Shown: positions 13,604-25,564 of the stretch, one piece after another | Numbering within the stretch: position 1 is the first letter of the stretch | Layout of the letters: each line of letters opens with the position of its first letter | Assembly (NCBI GenBank): GCA_964016885.1 | Contig: OZ024747.1 | Location: 25,296,001 to 25,360,000, forward strand | Reading direction: 5' to 3' | Source of the DNA: Eledone cirrhosa | Taxonomy: Eukaryota | Length of the DNA stretch: 64,000 nt | The notes under the pieces: generated by a model | Database searches by the model: none | Seen by the model: only the letters and a program-made list of their open reading frames with translations | Told to the model about the DNA's origin: nothing | Program-made: the position numbers and the translations under genes

Positions 13604-13673
13604 CATTAGGTCTAATAATAAGAGCCAATTCTCCTGAATGTGTCTCCCGAGACGCTTTGATAAACATCACAAC
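13604..13673 (-). CDS. PTPN4: PTPN3/4-like exon, end of PDZ (VVMFIKASRETHSGELALIIRPN)
   Basis: 70 nt, ttatcag acceptor, g|gtaagt donor, phase 0 to 1, which fits the next exon. Confidence 0.93.
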
Positions 13674-14679
13674 CTGATAAAGAGAAAATGAAAGGAAATG
13701 AGAGCATCACATTAATTCTTAATATCCTATATCAAATGAAACCACATTAGCAAGACATTCTTCAAAAGTATAACATTTTACTATGAATACATCACATTCA
13801 AAATTAGTCTTTACATTAAATACTGCAAATTTTCACAAGAATCTGTCCACTAGTAAAGATATTATAAATATTAACATACCACATGAAAATACATTAGCAA
13901 GCCATTCTTGAAAAGTTCCATGATTGCACCACATTAAGTGAAAGTATTTATTCTAATATAAATGTTCAGTACTATCTATTCATTAGTAAAAATACTACAA
14001 ACATTTAAATTAACAAACTAGTTTTTATATGTATGTATGATAGAGTCGAAAGGGTGCCATATTGACATACAGTATTTCTTGGCTAATTTTAAGCCTGGTG
14101 GAGCCCATCCCTTTCCAGGCATAGTTTTCATATATTTTCTGCTAAGTCATTAAAGGTTAATGATCATAATGAGTAGCAATTTAGGTTATTTGACTCACAT
14201 GGTTTTGTGGCACAGTGGTATATTTATGGTTAAAACAAAAAATTAAAGCCTGACACAAACCATGAGGCTCATCAGCCTGGAGCTTATCCTGTTGACATTG
14301 GTGTTTTTCCCCTGGATGGGAAGCCAGGCCATTGGAGGTTAAACTTCCAGCTGCTGCCAGTACTCATTTTCAGCTGAGTAGACTGGAGCAACATGAAATG
14401 AAGTGTTTTGCTCAAGAACACAATATGCTGCCTGGTCTTAGAATCAAACCCATGTCATTGCAATTGTGACTGCAAAACCCTAACTTTCAGATGCTCTTAA
14501 ACATTACTGATCACAATGCATTTCAATTTCTCCTTTGATTGCACCCTTCTCTTCCATTTTGATCCAGATTGTTTGACTATGTCATCTTCGTATTTTCTAA
14601 GATCTTTCAAATAGTTTCTTCCGTTCTCGACAACTGCACAGGTACCCCTGTTATCTGTGAAACATGGGACATGTCTGGC

Positions 14680-14810
14680 CTAGCAGAAGTCTTCCAACTG
14701 GTCTTTCCAGATCTTTTGGATACCACTTGACAATTGCATTGGTCCTCCTGTTGTGTGAAGCTTGTGATATGTCCAACCCAGTGCAACTTGTGCTTTTGGT
14801 ATCAAAACTG
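14680..14810 (-). pseudogene. old RTE-clade ORF C-terminal fragment (different family)
   Basis: Approximate translation across a frameshift: KHKLHWVGHITS..NRRTNAIVKWYPKDLERPVGR, resembling the RTE motif W.GHI.R..W.P...R..GRP. Confidence 0.6.
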
Positions 14811-14927
14811 TATCAATCTTCATTAAAGAACAAGCACTTTTTGACTAAACTAAATGAAACCATTTCTCACATTGAGTTTCCAAAATATTAAGAACAAATT
14901 TTTTTTTAAATGCCACAAGTCATCTAC

Positions 14928-15071
14928 CTGTTCATGAGTGTGTTGAGAAACATCACGGCCATTTATAAATAACACTTGGTCGCCCTCGTTTAGCCGAGGT
15001 ATACATAAATCCGCTGGGGTGTTAGGTGCTACCCGAGAAACTATGATGGGCATACACTGGTCAGATCCGCC
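14928..15071 (-). CDS. PTPN4: PTPN3/4-like exon, PDZ core ([48 protein letters not shown])
   Basis: 144 nt, ttttag acceptor, cag|gtagat donor. Closely resembles the PTPN4 PDZ ([27 protein letters not shown], from memory). Confidence 0.95.
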
Positions 15072-15194
15072 CTAAAAAAGAAAGAAAAAAATTATAGTAA
15101 TTGTAAGATTGTCATTTTTAAGGTTTTCAGATTGCCATTAACTATCTAAGTAAAAAAAAATAAAAATAAAATAAAATTAACAGTTCACACATAT

Positions 15195-15645
15195 GCAAGT
15201 TTAGCTGGCCTCCTTCAAGGCAGTATCTCAGAGATTTTTCAAGTGTTTTAATGATAGGGGCCCCAGTACTATCATGTTGCAGGTTTAGTTGGCCTCTTAC
15301 AAAGTAGTATCTTGTATGAGGTTTTTCAGGTGTTTTAATAATAGGGGCCTCAGACCTATCATGTTGTTGCCACAAGTTTTGCTGGCCTCCTACAAGGTAA
15401 TTTATCACAGGAGGTTTTTCAGGTGTTTTAATGATATGAGCTCTAGCCCTATCAAGTTGTTGCAACTGGTTGTACCTCATAAGACTGCCATAAGACTGTT
15501 GTATCTCATAAGAAGTTTCTCAGGTGTTTTAATGATAGGAGCTCCAGTCCTATTATGTTGCTACAGCTCACACCAATATATTTTTAGCTGGCCTCCTACA
15601 AGGTTGTATCTCATAAGTGAATTATTAGGAGTTTTAATGATACAA
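15195..15645. repeat. degenerate ~90-bp tandem repeat, about 5 copies
   Basis: Recurrent ggcctcctacaagg..tttttcaggtgttttaatgataggg. Confidence 0.8.
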
Positions 15646-16984
15646 ACCTTAAGATCATGAGTCTAAACATTAGGACATGTGCCCTCACAAGTAAAGTAAG
15701 GAATCAAGTTAATCATAATTGACAGCAACAATATGTATTTCACACTAACTCATTTGAAACCAAACTGCCTGAAACTATCTTTGTTCCTATGATACAAAGT
15801 TGCCTATTTTAAATTGTTTATATTTATCTATAAACCTTCCATCATAAGAACCTTTGTTAAATTATGTTCCAAACAGCTTTATAATGAGTAAGTTAACTAT
15901 ATTGATTCCAGTACTTTTTGTTGAACTGTTATGGGATATAAACAAACACACACACACACACACTTTCTTTCAAGGTGAGTGGACTGGAGGAATGGGAAAT
16001 AATGAGTCCTGCTCAAGGATACAATCTGTCACCTGGTCTGGAAATTGAACTCCTCAACTCCCAACATTAGGTTTAACTGCACTCACTTGACAATATGAGA
16101 GATGCACCTTGCAGATGTTTCTGTCCACTTTTATCCATATCCAGAGGCACTTTACCCAACTTATTCAACTATTATTTATAGTTATCTGCATTGTGGCAGC
16201 TTCCCCCGAAAGCTAACATATTTTCAAATCTCCCCAAATATTGCATAAATTAACCAAATGTTTATTTATCTAAATATATTCATATACTATATATCAATAA
16301 ATTTAGCTTCTTTAAAAAGGAAAACCCACTGTGAAAGACAATTTTTGGAAAGAAAACGGATAAACAGTTGCCCAAATGTTCATTGAAATTGTCAGAATGA
16401 TGGAGTCCATGTCTATCCCATGCAGTTATATTTATTCGGAGTGACTGTCCTCCAGGCTGTGTCTCATGTGGGCTACAGAGTCTGTGATCACCCTAAAGAA
16501 CATATATGTTATACAATAACTGCATTTCTGATATACACACACATCAATGCTGAGACAGCCATAGTATGATAATAGATGGTTACATTTTCTAAGCAGCAAG
16601 TGTGTGTGTGTGGTGGGGATGAGAGGAAATTAGTTATGTAGGTTTATAGAATAGTTATGATAGGCTAGGTAAGTGGTTGTCCGATGAAGGGGGGGGGGGA
16701 GAGTTGGATGACTGCCTTCAACAGGAAAGTGAAGGAAGGATGTGTATGTGGGGTTTAGAGATGTATTAGAACAACATGCTCTTGTTATGGCTAAGTATAC
16801 AAGTTGACTTTTTAGATATTACTGGGAATTAATAGTTGACAGGAAAACAGCATTTTAAAGATGGAAAACCAGTCTAAAATGATTGTTATTAACTAAAAAC
16901 ATGATTATAAAAACACAATTACAATCGAGAAAGAATGAAAGGGTCTTAGTTTTCATCACATACATTCACATCATTAGCATCACT

Positions 16985-17195
16985 ATTGTTATACTTTGGG
17001 AGGGTCATGTTGCCAATAAGAAACACACGCACCAGTTGCTTTCACTTCAATTTATTATAATAAATTTATAATAAATTTATAAATTTCTGGTTGGTTGGTT
17101 GGTTCCACAACCAGATAGTTGTTTATATATTGTCATAGTTCTTTCGTCACACACTCTGTGACCTCTTCAGTGACTGGGGATTCCTTTCTTTGTTT
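16985..17195 (-). mobile_element. third copy of the hammerhead-bearing Penelope-like repeat
   Basis: Near-identical to 1868-2068 but without the deletion in the ribozyme core. Confidence 0.8.
17132..17174 (-). ncRNA. minimal type I hammerhead ribozyme-like motif
   Basis: Reverse strand reads gtca-CTGAAGA-g-gtcaca(gagtg)tgtgac-GAAA-gaac-ta-tgac. Confidence 0.62.
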
Positions 17196-17507
17196 CTGTG
17201 CCTCTCCTTTGTTTTGTCCTACGCCATTAGCATCACTGTTTAACATCTATTTTCCATGTTGGCATGGGTTAGATGGATTGTCACGTTATGAAGCTAGTCA
17301 GGTCAGGTGACTATGTCTTGCTTATACAGATGATTTTGGCTTAGTTTTCTATGGTTGGATGCCCTACCTAATGTCAACCACATTACAGCATGCACTGGGA
17401 GCTTTTTCACAGCATCAATACGACCCTCTTACAGGATGGCATGTATGTACATACGTGTGTATATATATATATATATACATACATATATATATATATATAC
17501 ATGTGTA

Positions 17508-17541
<34 letters not shown>

Positions 17542-18553
17542 CACACACACACACACATACTGTATATACTTGTATATAAGCCAAGAAATATATGCCAAAA
17601 CAAAAAACAAAAAAAAAAACTGGTGGTAAAATGGGATGGTCAGCTTATATTCAAGGTCAATATTTTGTTGATTTTCACCAACTTCAAATTCTATGTAAAC
17701 AAGGTGCTAAAATATTTTCACTTTGGTGGTAAATATTACACTGGTTTCACTTTTGACTTAAGATTCATATTTCTTATTGTTTTTGATAAGTTTTGAATGA
17801 ATATGGCCTTCAAAATGGTGGAAAATTTGTAAAAAATGTTTATATAATGGAGTTATGAAACAAAATATACTCTAAATGACACTTAAAACATAAAAAAAAT
17901 ATATATAATAAAACTTCATAAATATATCCTCCACTGTTGATTACTTGCCTCGGCTATAAAATAGACATAAAATAGGGGTCCGTTTTTATATATATATATA
18001 TATATGCAGAGGTTATATTTAATTATAAAACTAATCTGTATTGTATTTTATCTGATAAAAGTGCACCATAACTTGCCTTCGTGGCCCTTGAAATATGTAT
18101 AATAAAATAAATATGGTTTTATAAATATAGTTTCCATTTGTTAATATATTGTATATATATATATATAAATATATTATCAGAAAAGAGAGATCAGCTTATC
18201 ATATGTTTATTCTGGAATAACACACACACACATTTGAAAGTGTGTACAGATGTAGAGATACATTTGAAATAGCAAATGTATTTTTAGATATTTTCTGCTA
18301 AGAGATTTAAGTATAACTTTTAACCCGTTTTGAATTTCTCTAATCTCTTCCGCATTCCACCCTAATTACACGCGTCTTTTCTTATACAATAGTCACTCCT
18401 AACATACCTTTTCTGTAAAGCTGATAATACTAAGTAGTATTTCTCAACCTCATTTGCTGAATGTCCAAGCCAATACACTTAGATACTTACTAGCATCCTA
18501 CACCACACAACAGCCCTACTTTTACCCTTATATAATAAAGATAGAGGCTTTAA

Positions 18554-18773
18554 CTCTTTAGTATTTACATTACTCTATATTTACCATTGTATTTTCGCAG
18601 TAAAGGCTTTATCTTTCATAATATCTCACATAATATTGAATCTATGAAATTTTGATATTATTTATTTTGAGAACAATACCTAGACCTAAGCATGAGTGCC
18701 TAGTTACAGCCAGTTTGAACGGAAAGAGGTGAGAGAATTCTGGCCGGTTATGGCTTGTTTAAATGTTAAAGGG
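18554..18773. mobile_element. piggyBac-like MITE, family A (diverged)
   Basis: Same internal sequence and TIRs as 20147-20358, opposite orientation. Confidence 0.75.
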
Positions 18774-19202
18774 TTACTAAAAATTGAAATAATTGTAAAA
18801 AACAAACCAAGACTCTGCACAAATGGTTTTTCTAGTTAATTCTGTATGCTATATCATAGCACATGTATCACATATTAGATATAAAATATTGTTGTCATTA
18901 TTGGATAAGTAAATAAGAAAGTTAGCTAATATCATTTGTCCTTTGAATTTTCTATCAGAAATTTATCTATGAACAAATGTCTGGTGAGTGTTTGTACAAA
19001 GTTAGGTTTTTTTTTAACCTTTCTTCGTTCATTTTGATGAATGGAATAAACATATACAAAAATATATGTTCTTTTTTTTCTTTCCAGTTTTCAAATTGCT
19101 ATTTTATTTAACCCTTTAGCATTTACATTACTCTATATTTACTATTGTATTTTTGTTGTAAAGGCTTTACCTCACATAATTATCTCATAATATCGAATCT
19201 TT

Positions 19203-19345
19203 AAATTAATGCATAACACTGCTCTTTAAATTAATGTATAACACTGGCAAACATATACTCTCCAAATTAATGTATAACACAGTGGCAAACATATACTCTC
19301 CAAATTAATGTATAACACAGTGGCAAACATATACTCTCCAAATTA
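19203..19345. repeat. 38-bp minisatellite, about 3 copies
   Basis: aaattaatgtataacacagtggcaaacatatactctcc repeated. Confidence 0.85.
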
Positions 19346-19418
19346 CCCATCATATGACAGGTCTGTAGTATATTATAATACTCTAGCCCAGGATGAGTAT
19401 CAATTCAATAGTACATAC

Positions 19419-19508
19419 CTTCACATTAAACCCAAATTTCCCTTGTTCGTCTGGTTTCATCTTGATGGTAACTAATCCTTGACTGTCAGTGTACCCATTG
19501 CCATTTGA
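19419..19508 (-). CDS. PTPN4: PTPN3/PTPN4-like phosphatase exon, start of PDZ domain (SNGNGYTDSQGLVTIKMKPDEQGKFGFNVK)
   Basis: 90 nt, polypyrimidine tract + tgtag acceptor, aag|gtatgt donor, phase 0/0. Contains the PDZ carboxylate-binding loop GKFGFNVK. Confidence 0.9.
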
Positions 19509-20146
19509 CTACAACAGAAGAAAAGAAAAAACAATTATATTTATTTATTTAATTAATTAATGTTGTTCTCAATGTAAAGCAGGTAAACCAAGAGAGAAAG
19601 AAAGAGAGAGCACAAGAAACCAAAATAAGAAAAAGAAATGGGGAAAAAAAAGGAGAGACAAAAAGTAGGTAAATGTTGCCGAATCTTTTCATAGCCTCCA
19701 TGATGTGGAGGCTGTTATTTATGGTTAATGCTGGGTCTCTGAAAACAAATTGCACCTCCAAAGCATTTACAAAATTAAAAAACATAATTATAATCTCATT
19801 ACAAGAAATGTTATGATTACAGGTTTATTTAAAATGATATAAAGTGAAAGCATGTAGCCTTGTGGTTAGGTATTAAGCTTATGACAATAAAATCATGGGT
19901 TCAATACCCAGATAGGGAGGCATGTTGTGTTCTTGAGCAACACATTTTATTTCACATTGCTTTTCATGACTGTGGTCCCTATCATTGAAACTTCCAATTA
20001 GATGCAATCTCATAGGACACCAGCTAAGCCTACAAACTTAAATATATTGTCCCTGGTTCTATGCTACAATGAGATTTATTTTAAAGTGTTCATATTTGAA
20101 TTTAAAATCTTTTGATGTGAATTTGTAGTTTCAAACATCAGCTTAA

Positions 20147-20358
20147 CCCTTTAGCATTTAAACTGGCCGTATCTGGCCAATATTCTCTCACCTCTTTCTG
20201 TTTAAACCAGTCGTAACTGGCTGATGTTAAGGTATTGTTCTCAAAATAAATAATATCAAAATCTCATAGATTTGATATTATGTGAGACAATTATGTGAGG
20301 TAAAGCCTTTACCGTGAAAATACAATAGTAAATACAGAGTAATGTAAATGTTAAAGGG
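20147..20358. mobile_element. piggyBac-like MITE, family A (TIR CCCTTTAGCATTTA, TTAA flanks)
   Basis: ttaa|ccctttagcattta ... taaatgttaaaggg|ttaa. TTAA target plus CCC termini is the piggyBac signature. Confidence 0.85.
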
Positions 20359-22461
20359 TTAAACATGCAAAAAGTTAATTATTTTACTAAATTCTTGATT
20401 ATTTTTCAAAATATATATTTAAAAATCATAGGCAGTGTCTTTCATTAGAAATATGCTAATGAAAAATTTAAAAATATTAACGGGATTTAGAACTATTGAA
20501 GTGAAAAAATATTTTGAAAACAAAAAACAACAATAATGGTAATTTGATTTAACTTAACATCCTGTACCACAGGAAACCACATTAGTAAGTCATTCTTGAA
20601 AAATACAAAATAGCATTATGATTACATTACATTAAAACTTAAGGTCTTTACACTAATATTGCAAATTTTATAATAAATAACGAAATTATTGTGTACATTG
20701 CACAGATGCACTACGACTTTTCATAATGATCTGTCTACAAGTAAAGTTACTATAATCATTCGAATTAACAAATCTGTTTTTAGGTATGTTTTACTACATC
20801 CTTGCAGGATGTTGGAAGTTAAATAGATTAATAATCAGAAAATAGATTAATAAATAGAAGAAAAATACATCAATATGTAAAATATATAGAAATAAATGTG
20901 ATATTCATTTGAAAATAAAATCACAGAGAACATCATACAAGAAATGGATAAACAAGATCAATACTAACAGAGCAGTTCCAGTAAATTTGGATATCATATG
21001 ACATACATGTTTTCAAAGTAACATCATCATCAATATTGTTTAACGTCTGTAATGATGATAACATGTAAGATTCCAATGCAGACTGTAGTGTGTGTGTATC
21101 AACATCATTAGCAATTAACATCCACTTTTTCTCCATGTTTGCATGGGCTGGACAGGTTGTTATAGACCAAGCCAGCACCAAATTCGAGCTCACTACCTTC
21201 ACAGATGGGCTGTATCTTGCTTATATATTATATAAAGGCCCTTTCTCTTTAACACAATAGAGGGTATATATATTATGTAAAGACCTTTTCTACTTTAACA
21301 CAACCGAGGATATGCAGATATATATATATATTTATATAAAGTTAACACAACTGTGGGTATATATATTTATATAAAAATGTCTTCTACTTTAACATGACTG
21401 TAGTGTATGTATATATAAAGGTCTCTTCGACTTTAGCTCTGTATAAAATATGTATGTGTATATATATATATAGAAGTCCTATCAGAACCATACACCGCAC
21501 TTGATTGATTTTGCTATGACTGGACCAAACAACAACAAACCAATCCATGCAGTAATATATAGCTGAAGAAAGAAACACTCCCAAATAACAATTTTCCCAA
21601 CAATTAACCGGTGATGTAATAATTCTGTTTATTAACTTCACACTAACACTACAATAGTCTACTAAGAGAGGAAGGAGGCAGAGTCAACAGCTAAGTTTAT
21701 TTAAATCAACAACTTTGTTTGAGGAAGGGAGAAAGGAAGGGCACATGTAGTATATAGTATGCCTGTGAGAAAGAGAAACCTAATCTAATTATGTCTGTTT
21801 CTAATAAATTAATACCTTAACATTGTATTTTAATAAATCTCTTCCTCGCCATATTTCTAATAAATGACACTGCCTATGATTTTCAAATAATTTTCAAAAT
21901 TATCAAGAATTTTGAGGGATTTAATAATATAATTAACTTTCTATTTATTAAGCTATGTTTGGAACATAACTTAAAGGTTCTTACATAAAATTATGAAGGA
22001 AAGTTTTTAGTACTGTAGAATTAGGGGCAGTTTGATAGCAAGAGGGTTAAGATGGTGGAGTGTGATTTGAGGGCTTTTAGCAGCTATTTCTAGTAGGTTG
22101 AGCGACCACATAAAAGCTCCTTAATATATGTGTGTGTATGTCCCTATTTGTATTTATGCTTACCTTTTGTTTATGTCCAGTAAATTAGCATTTCAACAAA
22201 AGAATGATTGATAAAATATGTACCAGAATTGAAAAAAATAAGTACTGGGGTTGATGTGATAGACTAAATACTTTCAAGGCATCCAGCACGACTGCAGTCT
22301 AATGATTGAAACCAATAAAAGAATAAAAGATTGTGTGTGACCTCCAACCCTATATCTGTGTTTGTTTACCATTTGTTTATGCCCCATAACCTATCAGTTC
22401 GACCAAAAAGCAAACAACAAAATAAGTACCAGGTCTTAAAAAAATAAGTACTGGGGTTGAT

Positions 22462-22586
22462 ATAATAATAATAATAATGAAATTATTGTGTACAGTGCTC
22501 AGGTGCACTACAACTCATCAAAGGTGCATGTATAGTACATAGAATAATGTACAAATGTCAGGAAAATAAACAGTGTATGAGTCATG
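22462..22586 (-). mobile_element. second, diverged 3' end of the same CR1/L2 family directly behind the full-length element
   Basis: Clear similarity to 22590-22710 (gtgcacctgagcactgtacacaataatttc + (ATT)n tail). Confidence 0.8.
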
Positions 22587-22739
22587 ATATAATAACAATA
22601 ACAATAATGAAATATTGTGCACAGTGCCCAGGTGCACCACAACCCATCAAAAAAGTGCATGTACAGTACATAGGGCAATGCACAAACATCAGTAAAATGA
22701 ACAGTGCACACATGTGTGCATGTGTATGGAAGGGGCACA

Positions 22740-25508
22740 TCAGGTGTAGTTTTGGCGTATTTCGGGAAGCATGAGTGTCTTAAAGGATGCAGTGTCTCGG
22801 CAGCTAACAATTGACGCAGGCAGTTTGTTCCATGTTTCAGCAACTCTGAGCGTGAAAAAATGTCTGCGAAAGTCATGGGAGCTGTGCTGTTTTCTTATCT
22901 TGTAGGCATGTCCACGTGTGTTAGACACATGGAGATCAAAGAGGCGCTCAGGGTTGCAGTTGGCGAGATGGTTAAAAACTTTGTGGGTATTCACCAAGTC
23001 CACTGCCAGACGTCGGAGCTTCAATGAATCCATGCCCAGGGAAGCAAGGCGTTCAGAGTATGGTAGGTGTCTGATGGAGGGTATGCGCTTGGTTGCACGT
23101 CTCTGAACAGTTTCCAGGAGGTCAATGTTCCGAGCAAGATAGGGGTTCCAGACTGATGATGCGAATTCCAAGTGTGGTCGCACCATAGCTGTATACAGTT
23201 TTAAATAGATGGCTGGAGAGCGGCTAACAAAGGTCTTGCTGAGTGATGCCAAGACACCCTCGGCCTTCTTGACAATCTTAGAGACATGCTTTGTCCAATG
23301 CAAATCGTTGCTGACAGTAATGCCTAGGTCACGTTCACAAGAGGACTTTTTGATGTCAGTGTTGTGGAGGGAGTATGTGGACGCTGGATTTTTCCTTCCA
23401 AAATGCATGGTGGTACACTTGTCCACAGCCAGCTTCAGTTGCCAGTCTGTGATCCATTGCTGCATTGTGTCCAGGTCTGATTGTAGGAAAGAGTTGTAAA
23501 TTTCAGGATCAGTCCTTTTGATTTCAAGGTACAGCTTGATGTCATCTGCATATTTTAGTACCGTGGCATTCTGTAAGTTGGCATCTATGTCATTAATATA
23601 TGCCACAAACAAAAGAGGACCAAGAACAGATCCCTGTGGTACACCAGATGACATCTCATATGGTGAAGAATGCTGTCCTAGAACCGTGACTACTTCCCTT
23701 CGGCTGAGAATGAAGGATTTCAGCCAGTCGAAAAGATCATCCCTCACACCCATTGCAGAGAGTTTTGCCATAAGTCTTTTGTGTGGCACAGAATTAAAAG
23801 CCTTAGCAAAGTCAAGGTAAACAACATCCACCCATGAGCCGCTGTCAGTGATCCGGGTGATGTCCTCAAGGAACTCGATAAGCTGATCACAGCAGCTGGA
23901 GTTAGGGATAAATCCAAACTGTGAGGGCCGGATGAGGCTGTGAGAGCTCCAGAAGTTCCAAAGTGTTTCTCTGACACAGGATTCCATCAGTTTGGCCATA
24001 CAGCTAGTAAGACTGACTGGACGATAGTTGACAGGTGACATGCGGTTGCCCTTTTTGAACAGGGGAATGACACTGGCAGTTTTCCACTGCTCCGGAGTAG
24101 CACCATTGCTGAGACAGTATTGAAAGAAAAAAGAAAGCTGGCGCAAAAGGAAATCCCCGCCACGTTTGAGAAGCAGGTATGTCACACCATCAAGACCAGG
24201 GGAGGCATAGTTGCGCTTATTCTTAAGGTGACGTCGCAACATTGCAGGTGTAAATTCCATAGTTGTTATGGAATTTGATGTTAGAGATGGTGGAGATGGT
24301 ACATTCTGGTTTTCAACAGTAAAAATACTTGCATAGCACTCAGCAATGAGTTCTGCGCATTCCTTGGGATCGTCAGTGATCTGGCTTGTGTGGGGATTGC
24401 GAAGAGGACCAACTGGAGAGTGAGGTCTCTGCTTTGAATGAACATATTTCCAGAACACCTTACTGTCAGGATTGGTTGCGATGCACTGTTCAAATTCAAG
24501 CACTGCCTTCTTTGTCACTTGCTTGAGATGGTTAGAAGATTTATTCCGCTTTTTTCTGTTGGCATCTGATCTATGCAGTTTATATTCCCGTTCAGCGTTC
24601 CGACGTTCTTTCCTGGCAAGTCGGACTGCTGAAGTTTCCCAGATTGCACTTTTGGGGTGGTTATTTTTCCGCTTCCGTGGCACTGATGCTGCACACGCTA
24701 TCCATATTGAGTCCAGGATGCTCTGGAGTATAGAGTTCACATCTCCAGAGTTATACATCTCATGCCAGTTTGGGCGCTGTAGCTCAGTGCAGTACAAGTT
24801 CCAATCCGCCCTCTTCCAATCAAAGCAAGCAGATTGGAGATGGCTCTGGTTTTTGTTGCTGCCCTCAAGTGCCAGATTGGCAATGATCATAGCATGATCA
24901 GAGTCGCCTAGAGGTTCCTCAGTAGTACAACTGATAACCACTTCAGGAGTAGTGGTGAAGATCAGGTCCAAAGTGTTGTCACCTCTTGTTGGAGAGGTGA
25001 CTACTTGTGACCAGTTTGAGTCCAGCACTAGTTCAAGGAAATCGTTTGCACCCTGTGGCCAACGAAAGGTTTCCCAATCGATCTCAGGATGATTGAAGTC
25101 ACCTGCAATAAACACATAAGTGGCTGTTTTCTTGGCAGCAACTCTGAGGATATCGCAAAGCTGTGTGTCCTGATGGTAGTTTGGGGGGCGATAAACAACA
25201 CCAAGCAGAAGTGTTGACATGGTCATACGTATGTCACAGAAAAAAAAAACTTCTTCCTGTGATTCGTTCAAATCAACGCAAGGAATTACCGAAAAGTTTG
25301 AACGAACGTAGACCATCACACCACCACCACGGCGGTTAATGCGGTCCTTGCGGAAAAGGTTGTACCCAGTAATGGTGAAAACCCCATCACAGAGTAAGGA
25401 ATGTGCCCATGTTTCCGTGACTGTGATGAAGTCAGGGTCGATGCTTCTGACGTAGGATTCGAACAGATGTATCTTGTTGCATAAACTGCGAGCATTTAAG
25501 GACAACAA
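22740..25508 (-). CDS. LINE ORF2: APE endonuclease + reverse transcriptase
   Basis: 922 codons uninterrupted. APE motifs NARSL, TETW, GDFN, LDL, SDH; RT motifs YRPVSLTS, DFAKAF, GVPQGSVLGPLLF, YADD; CR1/L2-type C-terminus (RPHLEFASSVWNP, TRGH). The ORF-track start is TTG, not ATG. Confidence 0.96.
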   Translation of the reverse strand: MLSLNARSLCNKIHLFESYVRSIDPDFITVTETWAHSLLCDGVFTITGYNLFRKDRINRRGGGVMVYVRSNFSVIPCVDLNESQEEVFFFCDIRMTMSTLLLGVVYRPPNYHQDTQLCDILRVAAKKTATYVFIAGDFNHPEIDWETFRWPQGANDFLELVLDSNWSQVVTSPTRGDNTLDLIFTTTPEVVISCTTEEPLGDSDHAMIIANLALEGSNKNQSHLQSACFDWKRADWNLYCTELQRPNWHEMYNSGDVNSILQSILDSIWIACAASVPRKRKNNHPKSAIWETSAVRLARKERRNAEREYKLHRSDANRKKRNKSSNHLKQVTKKAVLEFEQCIATNPDSKVFWKYVHSKQRPHSPVGPLRNPHTSQITDDPKECAELIAECYASIFTVENQNVPSPPSLTSNSITTMEFTPAMLRRHLKNKRNYASPGLDGVTYLLLKRGGDFLLRQLSFFFQYCLSNGATPEQWKTASVIPLFKKGNRMSPVNYRPVSLTSCMAKLMESCVRETLWNFWSSHSLIRPSQFGFIPNSSCCDQLIEFLEDITRITDSGSWVDVVYLDFAKAFNSVPHKRLMAKLSAMGVRDDLFDWLKSFILSRREVVTVLGQHSSPYEMSSGVPQGSVLGPLLFVAYINDIDANLQNATVLKYADDIKLYLEIKRTDPEIYNSFLQSDLDTMQQWITDWQLKLAVDKCTTMHFGRKNPASTYSLHNTDIKKSSCERDLGITVSNDLHWTKHVSKIVKKAEGVLASLSKTFVSRSPAIYLKLYTAMVRPHLEFASSVWNPYLARNIDLLETVQRRATKRIPSIRHLPYSERLASLGMDSLKLRRLAVDLVNTHKVFNHLANCNPERLFDLHVSNTRGHAYKIRKQHSSHDFRRHFFTLRVAETWNKLPASIVSCRDTASFKTLMLPEIRQNYT

Positions 25509-25564
25509 TTTGTACCCTGCTCGCAGTCTATGATGGTGTGTAGAGGGTGGCAGGTTGTTCTGGT

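Noticed and set aside
17355-17796. YI/HT-rich ORFs, also at 5392, 42718, 57273 and 47019
   Set aside because: Translations of (TA)n, (CA)n and (GA)n microsatellites.
20939-21082. Possible exon SALESYMLSSLQTLNNIDDDVTLKT
   Set aside because: The acceptor lacks a pyrimidine tract and abuts an RTE-tail remnant, the donors are weak or out of phase, and no homology was recognised.
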